DNA of 64,000 nt from an uncultured Candidatus Saccharibacteria bacterium (GCA_964617815.1 CAZTXY010000001.1:67120-131119); one strand, 5' to 3'; counted from the stretch's first letter, positions 37,889 through 47,744 are shown. Program-made: numbers and translations. Notes: generated by a model from the sequence alone, not told the origin.

Positions 37889-38182
37889 ATGGCAACTCAA
37901 GCATCATCTGTCGCCGTGGAACAGCGCCCCACAACAACCCGCAGCAAACAGGAGGACGGAAGTATCGGTTATGGGACCCTCAAAGAAGGGCCCCGAGAAA
38001 TCGGAATCCGCGTCTTTGGGTTCGTTGGAGTAAACAACGTGGTTGTTTGCATCAATGAAACCACGACGCTCAGGACAGTGAGCATCAACAAGACCTGCCT
38101 TCGGGACAGTGACCCGAAAAGGTACGGCGATGTTCTGAAGCCACTGCCGACAAATCAGTACACGTTCCCCGAACAGGACTGA
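37889..38182 (+). CDS. small hypothetical protein (97 aa) in a GC-rich insert
   Basis: AGGAG 9 nt upstream of the ATG. A strong terminator follows. The local GC is clearly above the surroundings. Confidence 0.35.
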   Translation: MATQASSVAVEQRPTTTRSKQEDGSIGYGTLKEGPREIGIRVFGFVGVNNVVVCINETTTLRTVSINKTCLRDSDPKRYGDVLKPLPTNQYTFPEQD

Positions 38183-38190
38183 TTCCATTG

Positions 38191-38252
38191 CCGGTGCACA
38201 CAGATTTTGGAGACCCGCTCCAGAAGAAGTGTGCACCGGCTCTCTTCTTTTT
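38191..38252 (+). terminator. Rho-independent terminator (long GC-rich hairpin)
   Basis: 11-bp stem ccggtgcacac/gtgtgcaccgg with an inner stem, followed by ctctcttcttttt. Confidence 0.65.
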
Positions 38253-39588
38253 AAAATAATTTTTGAACGTCAATAATCTGTTTTACAGAAAGTTGAGAGA
38301 TATCCGTCTTTAAACCTTTGGTCACAGTATTTGAGACAATTTCAGAAAACCCAAGCTTTACTGCTTCCTTGGCTCGCTTTTCACTTTGAGTCACCCCACG
38401 AACCTCACCAAGCAAACCAATTTCTCCAAAGGCCAAGAGACCTTCACTGAGGGCTTTATTTTTAAATGAAGATAAAATAGCCAACGCCACTGGTAAGTCT
38501 GCTGCTCGTTCACTAATATTAAAACCTCCAGCAACGTTTACATAAACATCGTGACTACTTAAATTTATTTGTAGAGACTTTTGCAGGATCGCTAAAATTA
38601 ACTGAAGGCGATTGAGGTCGAAGCCAGAAGTTGTTCTTCGTGGATACCCAAACTGCGATGGGTTTGTCAGTGCCTGAATTTCTAAGATAAGCACTTTGTT
38701 GCCTTCTAAAATTGCAGCAGCACAACTTCCCGGAAGTCCAGTCAAGCGATTTTCCAAAAACATAGCCGAGGGATTTTTGACTTCAATCATACCTTGTTCG
38801 GTCATCGCAAATACCCCAACTTCCCCACTGCTACCAAATCTGTTTTTACTTGAACGAAGCAATCGCAAACTTAAAAAACGTTCCCCTTCTAAATATAAAA
38901 CTACATCTACCATATGTTCCAAAGTTTTTGGCCCTGCTAACATTCCATCTTTTGTCACGTGGCCAATAATTAAAATGCTGGTGTGCTGTTGTTTGGCCAC
39001 GCGCATAAGTGTATTTGTGGCAAACGCAACTTGGCTAACACCTCCCACAACACCACTAACTTCACCAGAACTAATAGTTTGAATAGAATCAATGACGGCA
39101 AGAGTTGGCTGTTGGGCAATTAAAGTCGCAACTATCGTTTCTAAATTGGTTTCAGGAAAAACCAGCATGTCACCACTATTTTCTAACCGCGCGCTTCGAA
39201 GCTTTATCTGTTGAGCAGACTCTTCGCCAGAAATATACAACACCTTTTTGTTCGTGCCAGCAATATTCACCGCCGCCTGCAGTGCCAAAGTAGACTTACC
39301 AATTCCAGGGTCGCCGCCTAAAAGCACAAGAGCCCCAGGCACTAAACCGCCTCCTAGCACACTATCTAACTCAGAAATGCCAGTGCTAAACCTCGCGGTT
39401 TTTTGGTCCTCTAATTCTGACAACAATAAAACTTTTCCGGCCGTTGCGCCCAAAGCCGACTTAGTCAAACCAGAAAAAGCCTGTTCGGCCAAAGTATTCC
39501 ATTGGCTACAAGTGGGGCATTTCCCCTGCCAGCGCGAAGAGGTAGCCCCGCAATTACTGCAAATAAATTGAGTGGTTGGTTTAGCCAT
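38251..39588 (-). CDS. radA: DNA repair protein RadA/Sms
   Basis: N-terminal C4 zinc finger, RecA-like GDPGIGKST, and a Lon-like C-terminal domain. Confidence 0.95.
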   Translation of the reverse strand: MAKPTTQFICSNCGATSSRWQGKCPTCSQWNTLAEQAFSGLTKSALGATAGKVLLLSELEDQKTARFSTGISELDSVLGGGLVPGALVLLGGDPGIGKSTLALQAAVNIAGTNKKVLYISGEESAQQIKLRSARLENSGDMLVFPETNLETIVATLIAQQPTLAVIDSIQTISSGEVSGVVGGVSQVAFATNTLMRVAKQQHTSILIIGHVTKDGMLAGPKTLEHMVDVVLYLEGERFLSLRLLRSSKNRFGSSGEVGVFAMTEQGMIEVKNPSAMFLENRLTGLPGSCAAAILEGNKVLILEIQALTNPSQFGYPRRTTSGFDLNRLQLILAILQKSLQINLSSHDVYVNVAGGFNISERAADLPVALAILSSFKNKALSEGLLAFGEIGLLGEVRGVTQSEKRAKEAVKLGFSEIVSNTVTKGLKTDISQLSVKQIIDVQKLF

Positions 39589-39709
39589 ATAAAGACAGTA
39601 TATCTATGATTAAAGATAAATCAACTCTTGTACAAAAGGGATTCTTTACCCTTTCGTAGGTTCAGAATGACGCCCAGAGAATTTAAAAGCCCTATTAAGG
39701 GCTTTTAAA

Positions 39710-39751
39710 TACTAGGCACTAGGAACTAGTTACTAAATGCTACTGACTCAC
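39710..39751. repeat. tandem heptamer array NACTAGN x4-6
   Basis: Reads tactagg cactagg aactagt tactaaa tgctact gactcac. It overlaps the stop codon of the ORF ending at 39740. It is preceded by the palindromic hairpin aaaagccc/gggctttt. Confidence 0.65.
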
Positions 39752-40900
39752 ATCTATATAATATAACCCCTCATCCTGCATATTCTTAAAAAACAACTTA
39801 TCGTTAGTCAAATTCAAAAACATTTCACGTGCATCTACAGCCAATCCTGGGTCAATCTGTTTTTGCGTGGCAGTTTGTGAATCAATTTCGTAAATAATAT
39901 CTTCAGTTAAACCTTTATCTGGCAGGCCTCGCGTTGGTACTGCAGCATAAAGTTTTTGGCTATTGTTAGCCCAAACTACTTTATCAACCGTTGTAAAAAC
40001 CCCCAAATTTTTTGTCTCACCAGAAACTACGTCGCCAACCCAAAGCTGATACCTCTGGCCATCACTATCCCTGCGACCAAAAACAAACTTCTGACTGTCG
40101 GGTGCCCAAAGCACTCCAAAGTTATAACCTTCTTTAACTACAGACTTAAAAATTTGTCCATCCGAAGTTGTTAAGTTAATCGCGTTACGCGAATCTGTAC
40201 TTGCAAGCCGATAAAATAAAATTGTTCGGCCATCAGGAGAAATATTTAATTCATCATCATTCTCCCATATATCTGCTATCGTCGTATAATTAGTACTGTC
40301 GGGGTCAGCAATACTCAACGTAGACTTCCCCTCTTCATCTAACCAAATATAAATTATTCGATCCCCAGTCGGCATCCAATTCACCGAGGTAATTTGACTT
40401 GGCAAATCTGTAAAACCACCCTTTAGACTGTCGTACACGCTCCAGGTTCTACTTGTTCCACTTCCAGACTGAACCATAAAGTTATTACCAGAAAGTGGCC
40501 AAATAACTTTTGAGCCTCCAGACTTTTGAGGAATTACCAACTCTTTTTTATTTGCCAACAACACTACCCCATTGCCAATCTGCAAATCACTTTGAAATAA
40601 TTGCCCTTGCTTATTAAAATAAGTAATTCCGTTACCTTGATAAAACAATACCGGACTGACAACCTGGTCTTCAGTTAAGCGAATTGCCTTAACCCCAGTG
40701 TTAAAACCAGAACCAGAGTTATTAGGGATTTCATCTTGCGGAGGCTGATTTTGAGTGTCGTCTGTATTTGCCTGAGTATCACTAGGTGTATTTGCATTTT
40801 CTTCATCACCAGATTTACTGCGTTGAAAAATCAACACTGCTAGTGTAATAACTATAAGTAAAAATATGCCGCCTAAAATCGCAATCGCTTTTTTATTCAT
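39740..40900 (-). CDS. secreted beta-propeller protein (TolB/PD40-like repeats)
   Basis: N-terminal TM helix or signal peptide, a low-complexity linker, and repeated beta-strand-rich units with recurring W/Y-x-P-D-G motifs. Confidence 0.5.
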   Translation of the reverse strand: MNKKAIAILGGIFLLIVITLAVLIFQRSKSGDEENANTPSDTQANTDDTQNQPPQDEIPNNSGSGFNTGVKAIRLTEDQVVSPVLFYQGNGITYFNKQGQLFQSDLQIGNGVVLLANKKELVIPQKSGGSKVIWPLSGNNFMVQSGSGTSRTWSVYDSLKGGFTDLPSQITSVNWMPTGDRIIYIWLDEEGKSTLSIADPDSTNYTTIADIWENDDELNISPDGRTILFYRLASTDSRNAINLTTSDGQIFKSVVKEGYNFGVLWAPDSQKFVFGRRDSDGQRYQLWVGDVVSGETKNLGVFTTVDKVVWANNSQKLYAAVPTRGLPDKGLTEDIIYEIDSQTATQKQIDPGLAVDAREMFLNLTNDKLFFKNMQDEGLYYIDVSQ

Positions 40901-41007
40901 TATATCCTGTTGATTTTTGTATCAAGATACCCATAAATCTTTAACCATATTATATCACACAAGCTCAAATTTCACCAAATATTATGATCTTCAACCAATC
41001 TATCCCA

Positions 41008-41087
41008 CTGTCATCCTGAATAAAATGAAGGATCTCAATAATAGGCTCAGAGATTCCTCTCCGCCAGTCGGCGGATCGGAATGACAG
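41008..41087. repeat. MITE-like palindromic element (copy 3)
   Basis: ctgtcatcctga ... gaaggatctca ... gagattcctc ... tcggaatgacag. The terminal inverted repeat is CTGTCATCC/GGAATGACAG. Confidence 0.75.
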
Positions 41088-41116
41088 TAGAATAGTTATA
41101 TAATTCTAAAAATCTA

Positions 41117-41932
41117 CTACTTTAAAGCCTCTTCAATCGCTTGTTTAAAAGTCGCGTAACTTTGGGCTCCCTCAAAACGTTTACCATTTACAAATACAGT
41201 TGGAGTTGCCTGCACACCATACTGAGTACCACCTTGTGTTTCAGTCTCCACATCTACTTTATGAATTCGGCTGTCAACACAAGTATTAAAGTCAGTAGCG
41301 TTTAAGCCGATGGCTTTGCCAAACTTTTTTAAATTAACTTGAGAAAAAGCTCCTTCATTTTCTCCACCTTGGTTGTCGTACAAATAATTATGAAATTCCC
41401 AAAACTTCCCTTGATCTTGCGCACACTTCGCCGCTTCTGCAGAAAAATGTGATTCTTCTCCCAAGAAAGCATAATCCTGATATGAAAATTTAACTTTACC
41501 AGTATCTACATAGTCAATTTTCAACTGTTTATAAACAGTATCGTATAATTTTTTGCAAAATGGACACTGGAAGTCTGCGTACTCCACAACTGTAACTTTT
41601 GCGTCCTTATTTCCCAAAATAGGCGCAGTGTCAGGAAGTTTCAAGTCAACTTGTTGTGGAACCACTGGTGCCTGCTGACCTGCCGGAACAACGCCAAGTT
41701 TAGTTTGACTTGTAAGAACAGTGTCTAATTTTGTAGAAATTGTTTTAGTGCTATACCAGACCACTCCACCAATAACCCCAGCTCCAATAATAATTGCCAA
41801 GAAGGCAAACAGGCCAATTATCAAAGCCACGCCAAATAACCTACGGTCCTGTGGTGTTAAATTTATTTTTTTTGCCGTAGCAATCTCTTCGGCAACTGGT
41901 TCACTAACTACATCATCATTTTCGTTTTGCAT
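41117..41932 (-). CDS. DsbA-like thiol:disulfide oxidoreductase (membrane-anchored)
   Basis: N-terminal TM helix and a thioredoxin fold with the CPFC active site. Confidence 0.8.
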   Translation of the reverse strand: MQNENDDVVSEPVAEEIATAKKINLTPQDRRLFGVALIIGLFAFLAIIIGAGVIGGVVWYSTKTISTKLDTVLTSQTKLGVVPAGQQAPVVPQQVDLKLPDTAPILGNKDAKVTVVEYADFQCPFCKKLYDTVYKQLKIDYVDTGKVKFSYQDYAFLGEESHFSAEAAKCAQDQGKFWEFHNYLYDNQGGENEGAFSQVNLKKFGKAIGLNATDFNTCVDSRIHKVDVETETQGGTQYGVQATPTVFVNGKRFEGAQSYATFKQAIEEALK

Positions 41933-41941
41933 AAATCTCCT

Positions 41942-42436
41942 TTATCGAATATTAATTGATTGTTCATTTTCAACTGCTTCTTCTGGAATTATATCATATG
42001 GAGGACAAAAACTAAGTCCATAATTTTTTTGATTATCTTGTTTAGAACTACCTGGTAAAGACAAGCCTAATGATACTGACAACTTACAAGCATCGGCTTT
42101 TTCAATATCAAGTCTTTTTAAAAAATCCACTTCAGCAAGTTTTCTATTTTCTAAAATAGGTTTAGCCATAATTAAAATGTAGAAAGTTTGGTTATCATCA
42201 TCAAAAAATGTAATATATTTATCATTTTCTTCTATAAATACATCGCCAGTCTCTTTTGAAAGAACCGAGGGCAATTGATGAAAATCATTTACAGCAACGA
42301 TTGCACCAGAAGATGTTTCTAATTTTAGTTTCGCAGTTTTTTCTGAATCCTTGCTAAGATAGTAAAAGACACTCGCTAAAACTAAGAGCAACAAAATTAT
42401 TATCCCTATTATTATAATTATGTTTTTTTTAGTCAT
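41942..42436 (-). CDS. small membrane-anchored protein in the T4SS-like cluster
   Basis: Start trimmed to MTKKNIIIIIG. One TM helix. Confidence 0.45.
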   Translation of the reverse strand: MTKKNIIIIIGIIILLLLVLASVFYYLSKDSEKTAKLKLETSSGAIVAVNDFHQLPSVLSKETGDVFIEENDKYITFFDDDNQTFYILIMAKPILENRKLAEVDFLKRLDIEKADACKLSVSLGLSLPGSSKQDNQKNYGLSFCPPYDIIPEEAVENEQSINIR

Positions 42437-42438
42437 AT

Positions 42439-44673
42439 TTATTGTCCGCACTTTCCAGAGGAATACTCTAAATAATAACGTGAACCAGTAACAACATAAT
42501 TGCGGGTTTGGCAATAAGTCGCGCTTGCCGCACAATCATTGGTCACATTACTTCCAGGTATACAGGCTGTTTGAGCACCGCTCGTAAAAGGACATTCCCA
42601 AAAGAATTTTCCTGGACAAGAATTACTTGATCTCCAAGGGCCTCCAGGACCTTCACCAGCATTGTAGGCAGCCAAAATATTCCCAATATTATTCCCAATA
42701 TGTGGTTGGTTTGGAATTTGTGATAAATATTTAGTACCACAAAAAATATTTGCTCGCGGGTCACAAGCATCACTAAACGAACCGCATCCTAATCCAGCCC
42801 ATGTTCCTGGTATAATTTGCATTAAACCTTTAGCCCCAGCGGAGCCGTATCCAGTCTGACAATTTCTCCAACCACTTTCTTTTTGAATTACTGCCCTAAT
42901 TAAACTAATATCAACACTATATGCGCGGGAAGCCTCAGCAACAATTCTATCTAAATCGCCATGATTACAAGTAGCAGTTCCCCCTAAATCACATCCGCCA
43001 CTACAAACACCACCGCCAGAACCCTGAACAATTACACACTGTCCTGATCCAGGACCAGGCTCAACACCGCCACCCCCACCTGTCCCGCCACCGCCGAAGA
43101 GTCCTCCGCCGCCAGCACTAAGCGATAACTTTCCACAAATTTCGCTGAGAGCTTGAAATTTTTCTAAACCGGGAACAAAATAAGTAGCGCCGGGAACGTA
43201 AGAAGTTATATTGCCTGCTGTAGAAATCCACTGCGCTCCAGGCAAATTACAAATGACAACAAAAAATAATGCAATCCAAAGAGCTATCCCTATTAAGTAT
43301 ATCGCATTTAGCACTCCTGTGATAAGCATTTTTATCCACCCCATTGGCTGACGAATCCCAATAATAGAACCAACTAAAAATGCATCTAAAACAATTAGCG
43401 GGAGAAAGCCGATGGGGATAAGCACAATAGAAAGTAAACACAAAATGCATATAGCAATCAACCACACCGCCATATCGTCAAGGCCAGACTTAATGACAGC
43501 CTTAGCACTTTCGATAGCAATATTAATAGCAACACCAACACCGGGTGCAACATTGGCGGCAGTAGCCGCTGTTTCAGCAACTGCAGCTGCGGCATCAATA
43601 GCAATATCGGCACCTAACTTAGCAGTCTCTGTAACTTTACCAAGACCACTTGCTTCTTCTATCTTATGTTTGCGATTTGCAATGTCAGCACCTGCATCAA
43701 TTACAGCGCCACCAATGGACAATGCCCCAGAAATATTCGCAGCTTTACTCCCAGCTTCTGCCCCCGCTACACCAGCTTTTATAGCATTACCAGTAATTCC
43801 AACTCCGGCTTTAGCAGCTGTTCCAGCCACTTCTGCAGCCTCAGCTCCACCACGAATAGCTCCTGCAGCCGCACGTTCGGCCCCGGCTCCCCGGCCCACA
43901 GTCCGAGCAGCTCCGCCTAAGCGAGCTGCATCTTCAACACCTTCTTCAGCTAACTCTTCGCCTGCTTTAACAGATGCTTTTCCCGGAGCACCGGGCTGCC
44001 CTTCAACAGTTTCTGATTTTGGAACGTCATCTGGAGACTCAGCCTTTGCTTTTGCTTGATCACGCTCTTTTACGCGCTTATCGTAATCTTTCTTGTGACG
44101 CTCTGCAAATTCAACCGGGCCTTCCTTTTCCTCTTTTTGTTGCCCTTGTTGTGCGTCGTTTCCTGTTTCTGCTTTTTTTTCTGAACCATCTCCTTCTTCA
44201 TCCGGACTTTTTAGCCGATCTTCAGTTAAACTTTGATCATTTTTTTGTGCTTGGTCGTCTAGAGCATTTTCTTTAGAAAAAGATTCATTGTTCGAAGAAG
44301 TTTGTTGTTGATTAATATTTTGATTATCATTGAAAGCTGATGCATTATCTCCGCCTGTATTGCTAGGTGTGGTCTTGCCACGAAAAGGACTAACTGTGCC
44401 AGGTTGTGAAGAGGACCCCCCATTTCCTTTTTGCTTAAAATCAACTTGAGTAACCTTAGTTTTTACTTTTGGATCATTAGAAACAACCGTGACAGGTTTA
44501 TCACTTTCTGCATCTCCACTTTTTTTTGGCACAACGCGCATAGCAGCGCGGGGCTGGCCATCACCCTGACTGCCTCCTTGAATAACAGAAAAGCCTGGCT
44601 GCTCTCCAGCCGATTGTTCTTCGTTATCTACATCGGAGTCGGTTGGCAGTCTTGCCAGGTTATCATTCGCCAT
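42439..44673 (-). CDS. VirB1-like lytic transglycosylase fusion protein
   Basis: Disordered N-terminal region, Ala-rich region, TM helices and a Gly-rich linker. The Cys-rich C-terminal domain carries SLT motifs QKESGW, GLMQI and AYNAG. Confidence 0.7.
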   Translation of the reverse strand: MANDNLARLPTDSDVDNEEQSAGEQPGFSVIQGGSQGDGQPRAAMRVVPKKSGDAESDKPVTVVSNDPKVKTKVTQVDFKQKGNGGSSSQPGTVSPFRGKTTPSNTGGDNASAFNDNQNINQQQTSSNNESFSKENALDDQAQKNDQSLTEDRLKSPDEEGDGSEKKAETGNDAQQGQQKEEKEGPVEFAERHKKDYDKRVKERDQAKAKAESPDDVPKSETVEGQPGAPGKASVKAGEELAEEGVEDAARLGGAARTVGRGAGAERAAAGAIRGGAEAAEVAGTAAKAGVGITGNAIKAGVAGAEAGSKAANISGALSIGGAVIDAGADIANRKHKIEEASGLGKVTETAKLGADIAIDAAAAVAETAATAANVAPGVGVAINIAIESAKAVIKSGLDDMAVWLIAICILCLLSIVLIPIGFLPLIVLDAFLVGSIIGIRQPMGWIKMLITGVLNAIYLIGIALWIALFFVVICNLPGAQWISTAGNITSYVPGATYFVPGLEKFQALSEICGKLSLSAGGGGLFGGGGTGGGGGVEPGPGSGQCVIVQGSGGGVCSGGCDLGGTATCNHGDLDRIVAEASRAYSVDISLIRAVIQKESGWRNCQTGYGSAGAKGLMQIIPGTWAGLGCGSFSDACDPRANIFCGTKYLSQIPNQPHIGNNIGNILAAYNAGEGPGGPWRSSNSCPGKFFWECPFTSGAQTACIPGSNVTNDCAASATYCQTRNYVVTGSRYYLEYSSGKCGQ

Positions 44674-44691
44674 AAATTTGTACTAACCTAA

Positions 44692-46536
44692 TTATCCTGC
44701 AAACTGGTCTTTGCTTTCTTGAATTTCCAGTAACTGTTTCGGGTCTGTTGTAATTATTTGGTCTTCCATGTAGGAAGCGTAAATTTTGATAGCCGCATGC
44801 TTAAGTCCAGCAAAAAATATTCCTTCACCAACATCACTTTCAAGTAATAAATATTTCTCACCTTCAGTTAAAAAGAAAGTTTCAGCCACAATATCCACAG
44901 ACGCAGGACTTTGCTTAAGAAGTAACTGAATTGAAGAGTTTGTGACAATTGGTTTGCCGTACGGACTACTCATAAAATCTGCGACATCCTGAGTGATTGT
45001 TGTAAGACCAAGATAATATTTACGAGCGCGCTTGGCAATTCCATACACAAACCGAGCGGAGTCTTCGTGTTGCATAAGTATCCAAGCTTCATCAAGTACT
45101 AAGATACGGCGCTTCAGCTCGCTTCTAACCACATTCCAAATATGTCCTAAAATTAAATACATTGCCACTGGCCTTAGCTCGTCTTCTAAATCGCGAATTG
45201 AAAAAACTAAAAGCTGATTATTTAAAACAACGTTGCTTGGCTGGTTAAGAAGCCCAGCAAAAGTTCCTTCGGTAAACTTCGAGAGACGCTGAGCTAAACT
45301 TTCCGCACCCACCATATCACCTAAGACAGAAACTAAATCACTCATCACCGGATAGTCAGTGGTCTTAAGTTCCATGCCAGGAGTAATATCTTTGTTCGCA
45401 TACGCCTGCCAAATAGCTTTATCAAGTAGCGCTTCTTCAGTTGGATCTAGTTTACCTAAAACTAAATTCATCAGCCCCAAAAGTCCAATCACCGCACTGC
45501 GCATGGTGTCACTACTGTCTTCACCTTCAAGACCAATAGGTAAGTCAAAAGGATTAATGCGGTAGTCTGAGTTAAGCGAGATGCTTAAATATGTTCCACC
45601 AACCGCGTCGGCTAAATGTTTATATTCATTTTCAGGATCCACAATTAAAACTTCAATGCCAACCATCAAAGAACGCAGGACTTCTAATTTCACCGCATAC
45701 GATTTTCCGGCACCAGACTTAGCAAAAATTACAAAATTAGCATTTTCCATCTTAAACCGGTCAAATAAAATTAAACCGTTGTTGTGCCGGTTAATCCCGT
45801 AAAGTACTCCATCATTTCCAGTTAAATCCGAAGACACAAAAGGAAAAGTTGTCGAAAGGGGGCTGGTATTTAGATTATTTGCTACACCTAAATCGTCTAA
45901 TTGCATTGGCAATGTCGAGTTAAACCCAGGTTGCATTTGCATTAAGGCTCTCTTTGTAACCACGAGCTTCGCACCAAGTGCACTTTCAAGAATAGTTGAC
46001 TCTTTGTCGAGTTCGCGAAGATCTTTAGCATACAAAGTAAAATACAAAGCAAAACGAAAATACTTTTCAGTACCTTGCAATAAATTATCGCGCAATTCCT
46101 CGACGTCGTGATATCCTGTTTCCAGTAATGGATCACGTACCAAACCTTTTTCTCGGTTAATCATCATTTGTGAACCAATCTCTCCAACCTTCCCTTTCAA
46201 CTTTCTCAAGATTGTTCCAGAGTCAATTGGGTAAATAAACATTGAGACATCTAATGCCCCTTGAGAGTTGATAACAAACGACAACCAGTTCGAAGATAAA
46301 TAACGTGGGTAGGTTAAGACAAAAAAACTACGCGCAAATTTTCCATTCAACTCAAAATGGTCAGCCTCAAACTTCAAGCTTGCAGGCGCTATAAGGTCTT
46401 TAAGCGAAGTTAAACCTTGCTTATAGCTATCTTCAAGAGTACTAAGCTCTTTTCGAGTCGCCTCTTTACTCTTGCGCTCCTCAAGCTCATGCTTTTTCGC
46501 TTCTAATTGTTCTTCTGAAAGGTTAAACCAAGACAT
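44692..46536 (-). CDS. VirB4/TraC-like conjugal transfer ATPase, C-terminal ATPase part
   Basis: Walker A FAKSGAGKS and the Walker B region VLDEAW. Family-level resemblance to VirB4/TrsE. Confidence 0.8.
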   Translation of the reverse strand: MSWFNLSEEQLEAKKHELEERKSKEATRKELSTLEDSYKQGLTSLKDLIAPASLKFEADHFELNGKFARSFFVLTYPRYLSSNWLSFVINSQGALDVSMFIYPIDSGTILRKLKGKVGEIGSQMMINREKGLVRDPLLETGYHDVEELRDNLLQGTEKYFRFALYFTLYAKDLRELDKESTILESALGAKLVVTKRALMQMQPGFNSTLPMQLDDLGVANNLNTSPLSTTFPFVSSDLTGNDGVLYGINRHNNGLILFDRFKMENANFVIFAKSGAGKSYAVKLEVLRSLMVGIEVLIVDPENEYKHLADAVGGTYLSISLNSDYRINPFDLPIGLEGEDSSDTMRSAVIGLLGLMNLVLGKLDPTEEALLDKAIWQAYANKDITPGMELKTTDYPVMSDLVSVLGDMVGAESLAQRLSKFTEGTFAGLLNQPSNVVLNNQLLVFSIRDLEDELRPVAMYLILGHIWNVVRSELKRRILVLDEAWILMQHEDSARFVYGIAKRARKYYLGLTTITQDVADFMSSPYGKPIVTNSSIQLLLKQSPASVDIVAETFFLTEGEKYLLLESDVGEGIFFAGLKHAAIKIYASYMEDQIITTDPKQLLEIQESKDQFAG

Positions 46537-46540
46537 ATAG

Positions 46541-47245
46541 TTAACTCACTTCATTATTATTTCCAACAATCGCTATTTCTCCTAATTTTCCAGCATCGAT
46601 TAGCGGTCCCGACTCAAAATTATACGAATTATAAAATAGCTCAATCAGCTGTTCGGTATTTAGTCGCACTGCACGCAAACTCATCCCACCTAAGTTATTG
46701 GCAACACTACCAGCCCGTTCATCAAGTAAAGTTCTAACTTTTTCAAAATTTTCCAGCCTTTGGGCAATTTCCCGTGTTTTAGTACTTTTAAATAATCTTG
46801 CAAAAAATCCCGCTTTAGGAGGAAAAATATTTTGGGGCAATGAAATAATAATGTAAAAATTTTTATTCATTATATTTGCGCTCTCAACTAAATGGCTAAT
46901 AAACTCAATGTACTCACCAGTTTGAATGCGTAGCAATTCATTAGGCTGTTTTTCCATTAAGTGTTTTAAACTTTCGGTGTAGTCACCAATATCCATTCTT
47001 CGACTCTGCATTAAAACTTGGATTGGAAAATCCAACGAATTAATAAACCGCTGATATGCAACAATTAAAGCATCTTGTTCATCCTGACTCTTAAGATCAA
47101 AGTTTGTGCTTGAAACAGCCACCACGGCACGCAGGGTTCCGTCTTCCATAACAACACAGTCGTTGCGAATTTCATAAAATCGCAAAAATGATTGCGTTGG
47201 TTTTAAAATTGGTTTATTTGATTTTTTGTTTGAAAAAAGTCCCAT
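46541..47245 (-). CDS. VirB4-like N-terminal domain encoded as a separate ORF
   Basis: TAA-CTAT-ATG junction with the downstream ATPase ORF. The sequence pattern resembles the VirB4 N-domain of Gram-positive T4SS. Confidence 0.5.
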   Translation of the reverse strand: MGLFSNKKSNKPILKPTQSFLRFYEIRNDCVVMEDGTLRAVVAVSSTNFDLKSQDEQDALIVAYQRFINSLDFPIQVLMQSRRMDIGDYTESLKHLMEKQPNELLRIQTGEYIEFISHLVESANIMNKNFYIIISLPQNIFPPKAGFFARLFKSTKTREIAQRLENFEKVRTLLDERAGSVANNLGGMSLRAVRLNTEQLIELFYNSYNFESGPLIDAGKLGEIAIVGNNNEVS

Positions 47246-47253
47246 AAAATAAA

Positions 47254-47700
47254 TTAAAGTGGTTTATCTGCCAAAGCTGTCTCTGCAGCACCTTGCTGTG
47301 AAAGAGTGTAATTAAGTTTATGAAGCCTGACCGTTGCACTTTCCTGCTCTATTTTTGGAAGAGTAGTATCTGCTTGTTTTGTTTCTTGATCCATTAAAAT
47401 TTGGTGAGAAGAATCTAGCCCTTGTTTTGAAAAAATTAGAACTCTTGGGCTGACCATATACTGCAAATACGGGTAGAAGGTTGAATATAAAGGCCGACCG
47501 TTAATTTTTGCGAAAGTCAAAATTAACGCTGGCATTCCAAAAATTAAAAAGGCAAAGATGCCAACAATAATACTTTTTGTTCCTGTATAAAGCAAAAATG
47601 TCAGTGCGGCACCTGCACCTAAAATACCAAACTGCTTTAAAGTCAGTCCAGCTATGATTTTGTCTTCTACATCTGTAAATTGTGGGACGCTATATTGCAT
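47254..47700 (-). CDS. VirB3/PrgI-like small membrane protein
   Basis: 148 aa with two adjacent TM helices, sitting directly upstream of virB4. Confidence 0.4.
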   Translation of the reverse strand: MQYSVPQFTDVEDKIIAGLTLKQFGILGAGAALTFLLYTGTKSIIVGIFAFLIFGMPALILTFAKINGRPLYSTFYPYLQYMVSPRVLIFSKQGLDSSHQILMDQETKQADTTLPKIEQESATVRLHKLNYTLSQQGAAETALADKPL

Positions 47701-47744
47701 TCGTCTCTTTTTAGTATATCACACTATTTGCTTAATTGATCGCT

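Noticed and set aside
37798-38236. Alternative ORFs in the GC-rich insert (37798..38058 +, 37904..38236 -)
   Set aside because: They have no SD at proper spacing and no terminator in the minus orientation. The 37889..38182 plus-strand frame has both, though it too remains uncertain.
43412-44276. 215-aa, 84-aa and 100-aa plus-strand ORFs inside the lytic transglycosylase fusion gene
   Set aside because: They are antisense to the Ala/Gly-rich region. The Ala/Ser/Pro-rich products are the expected mirror-frame artefact.
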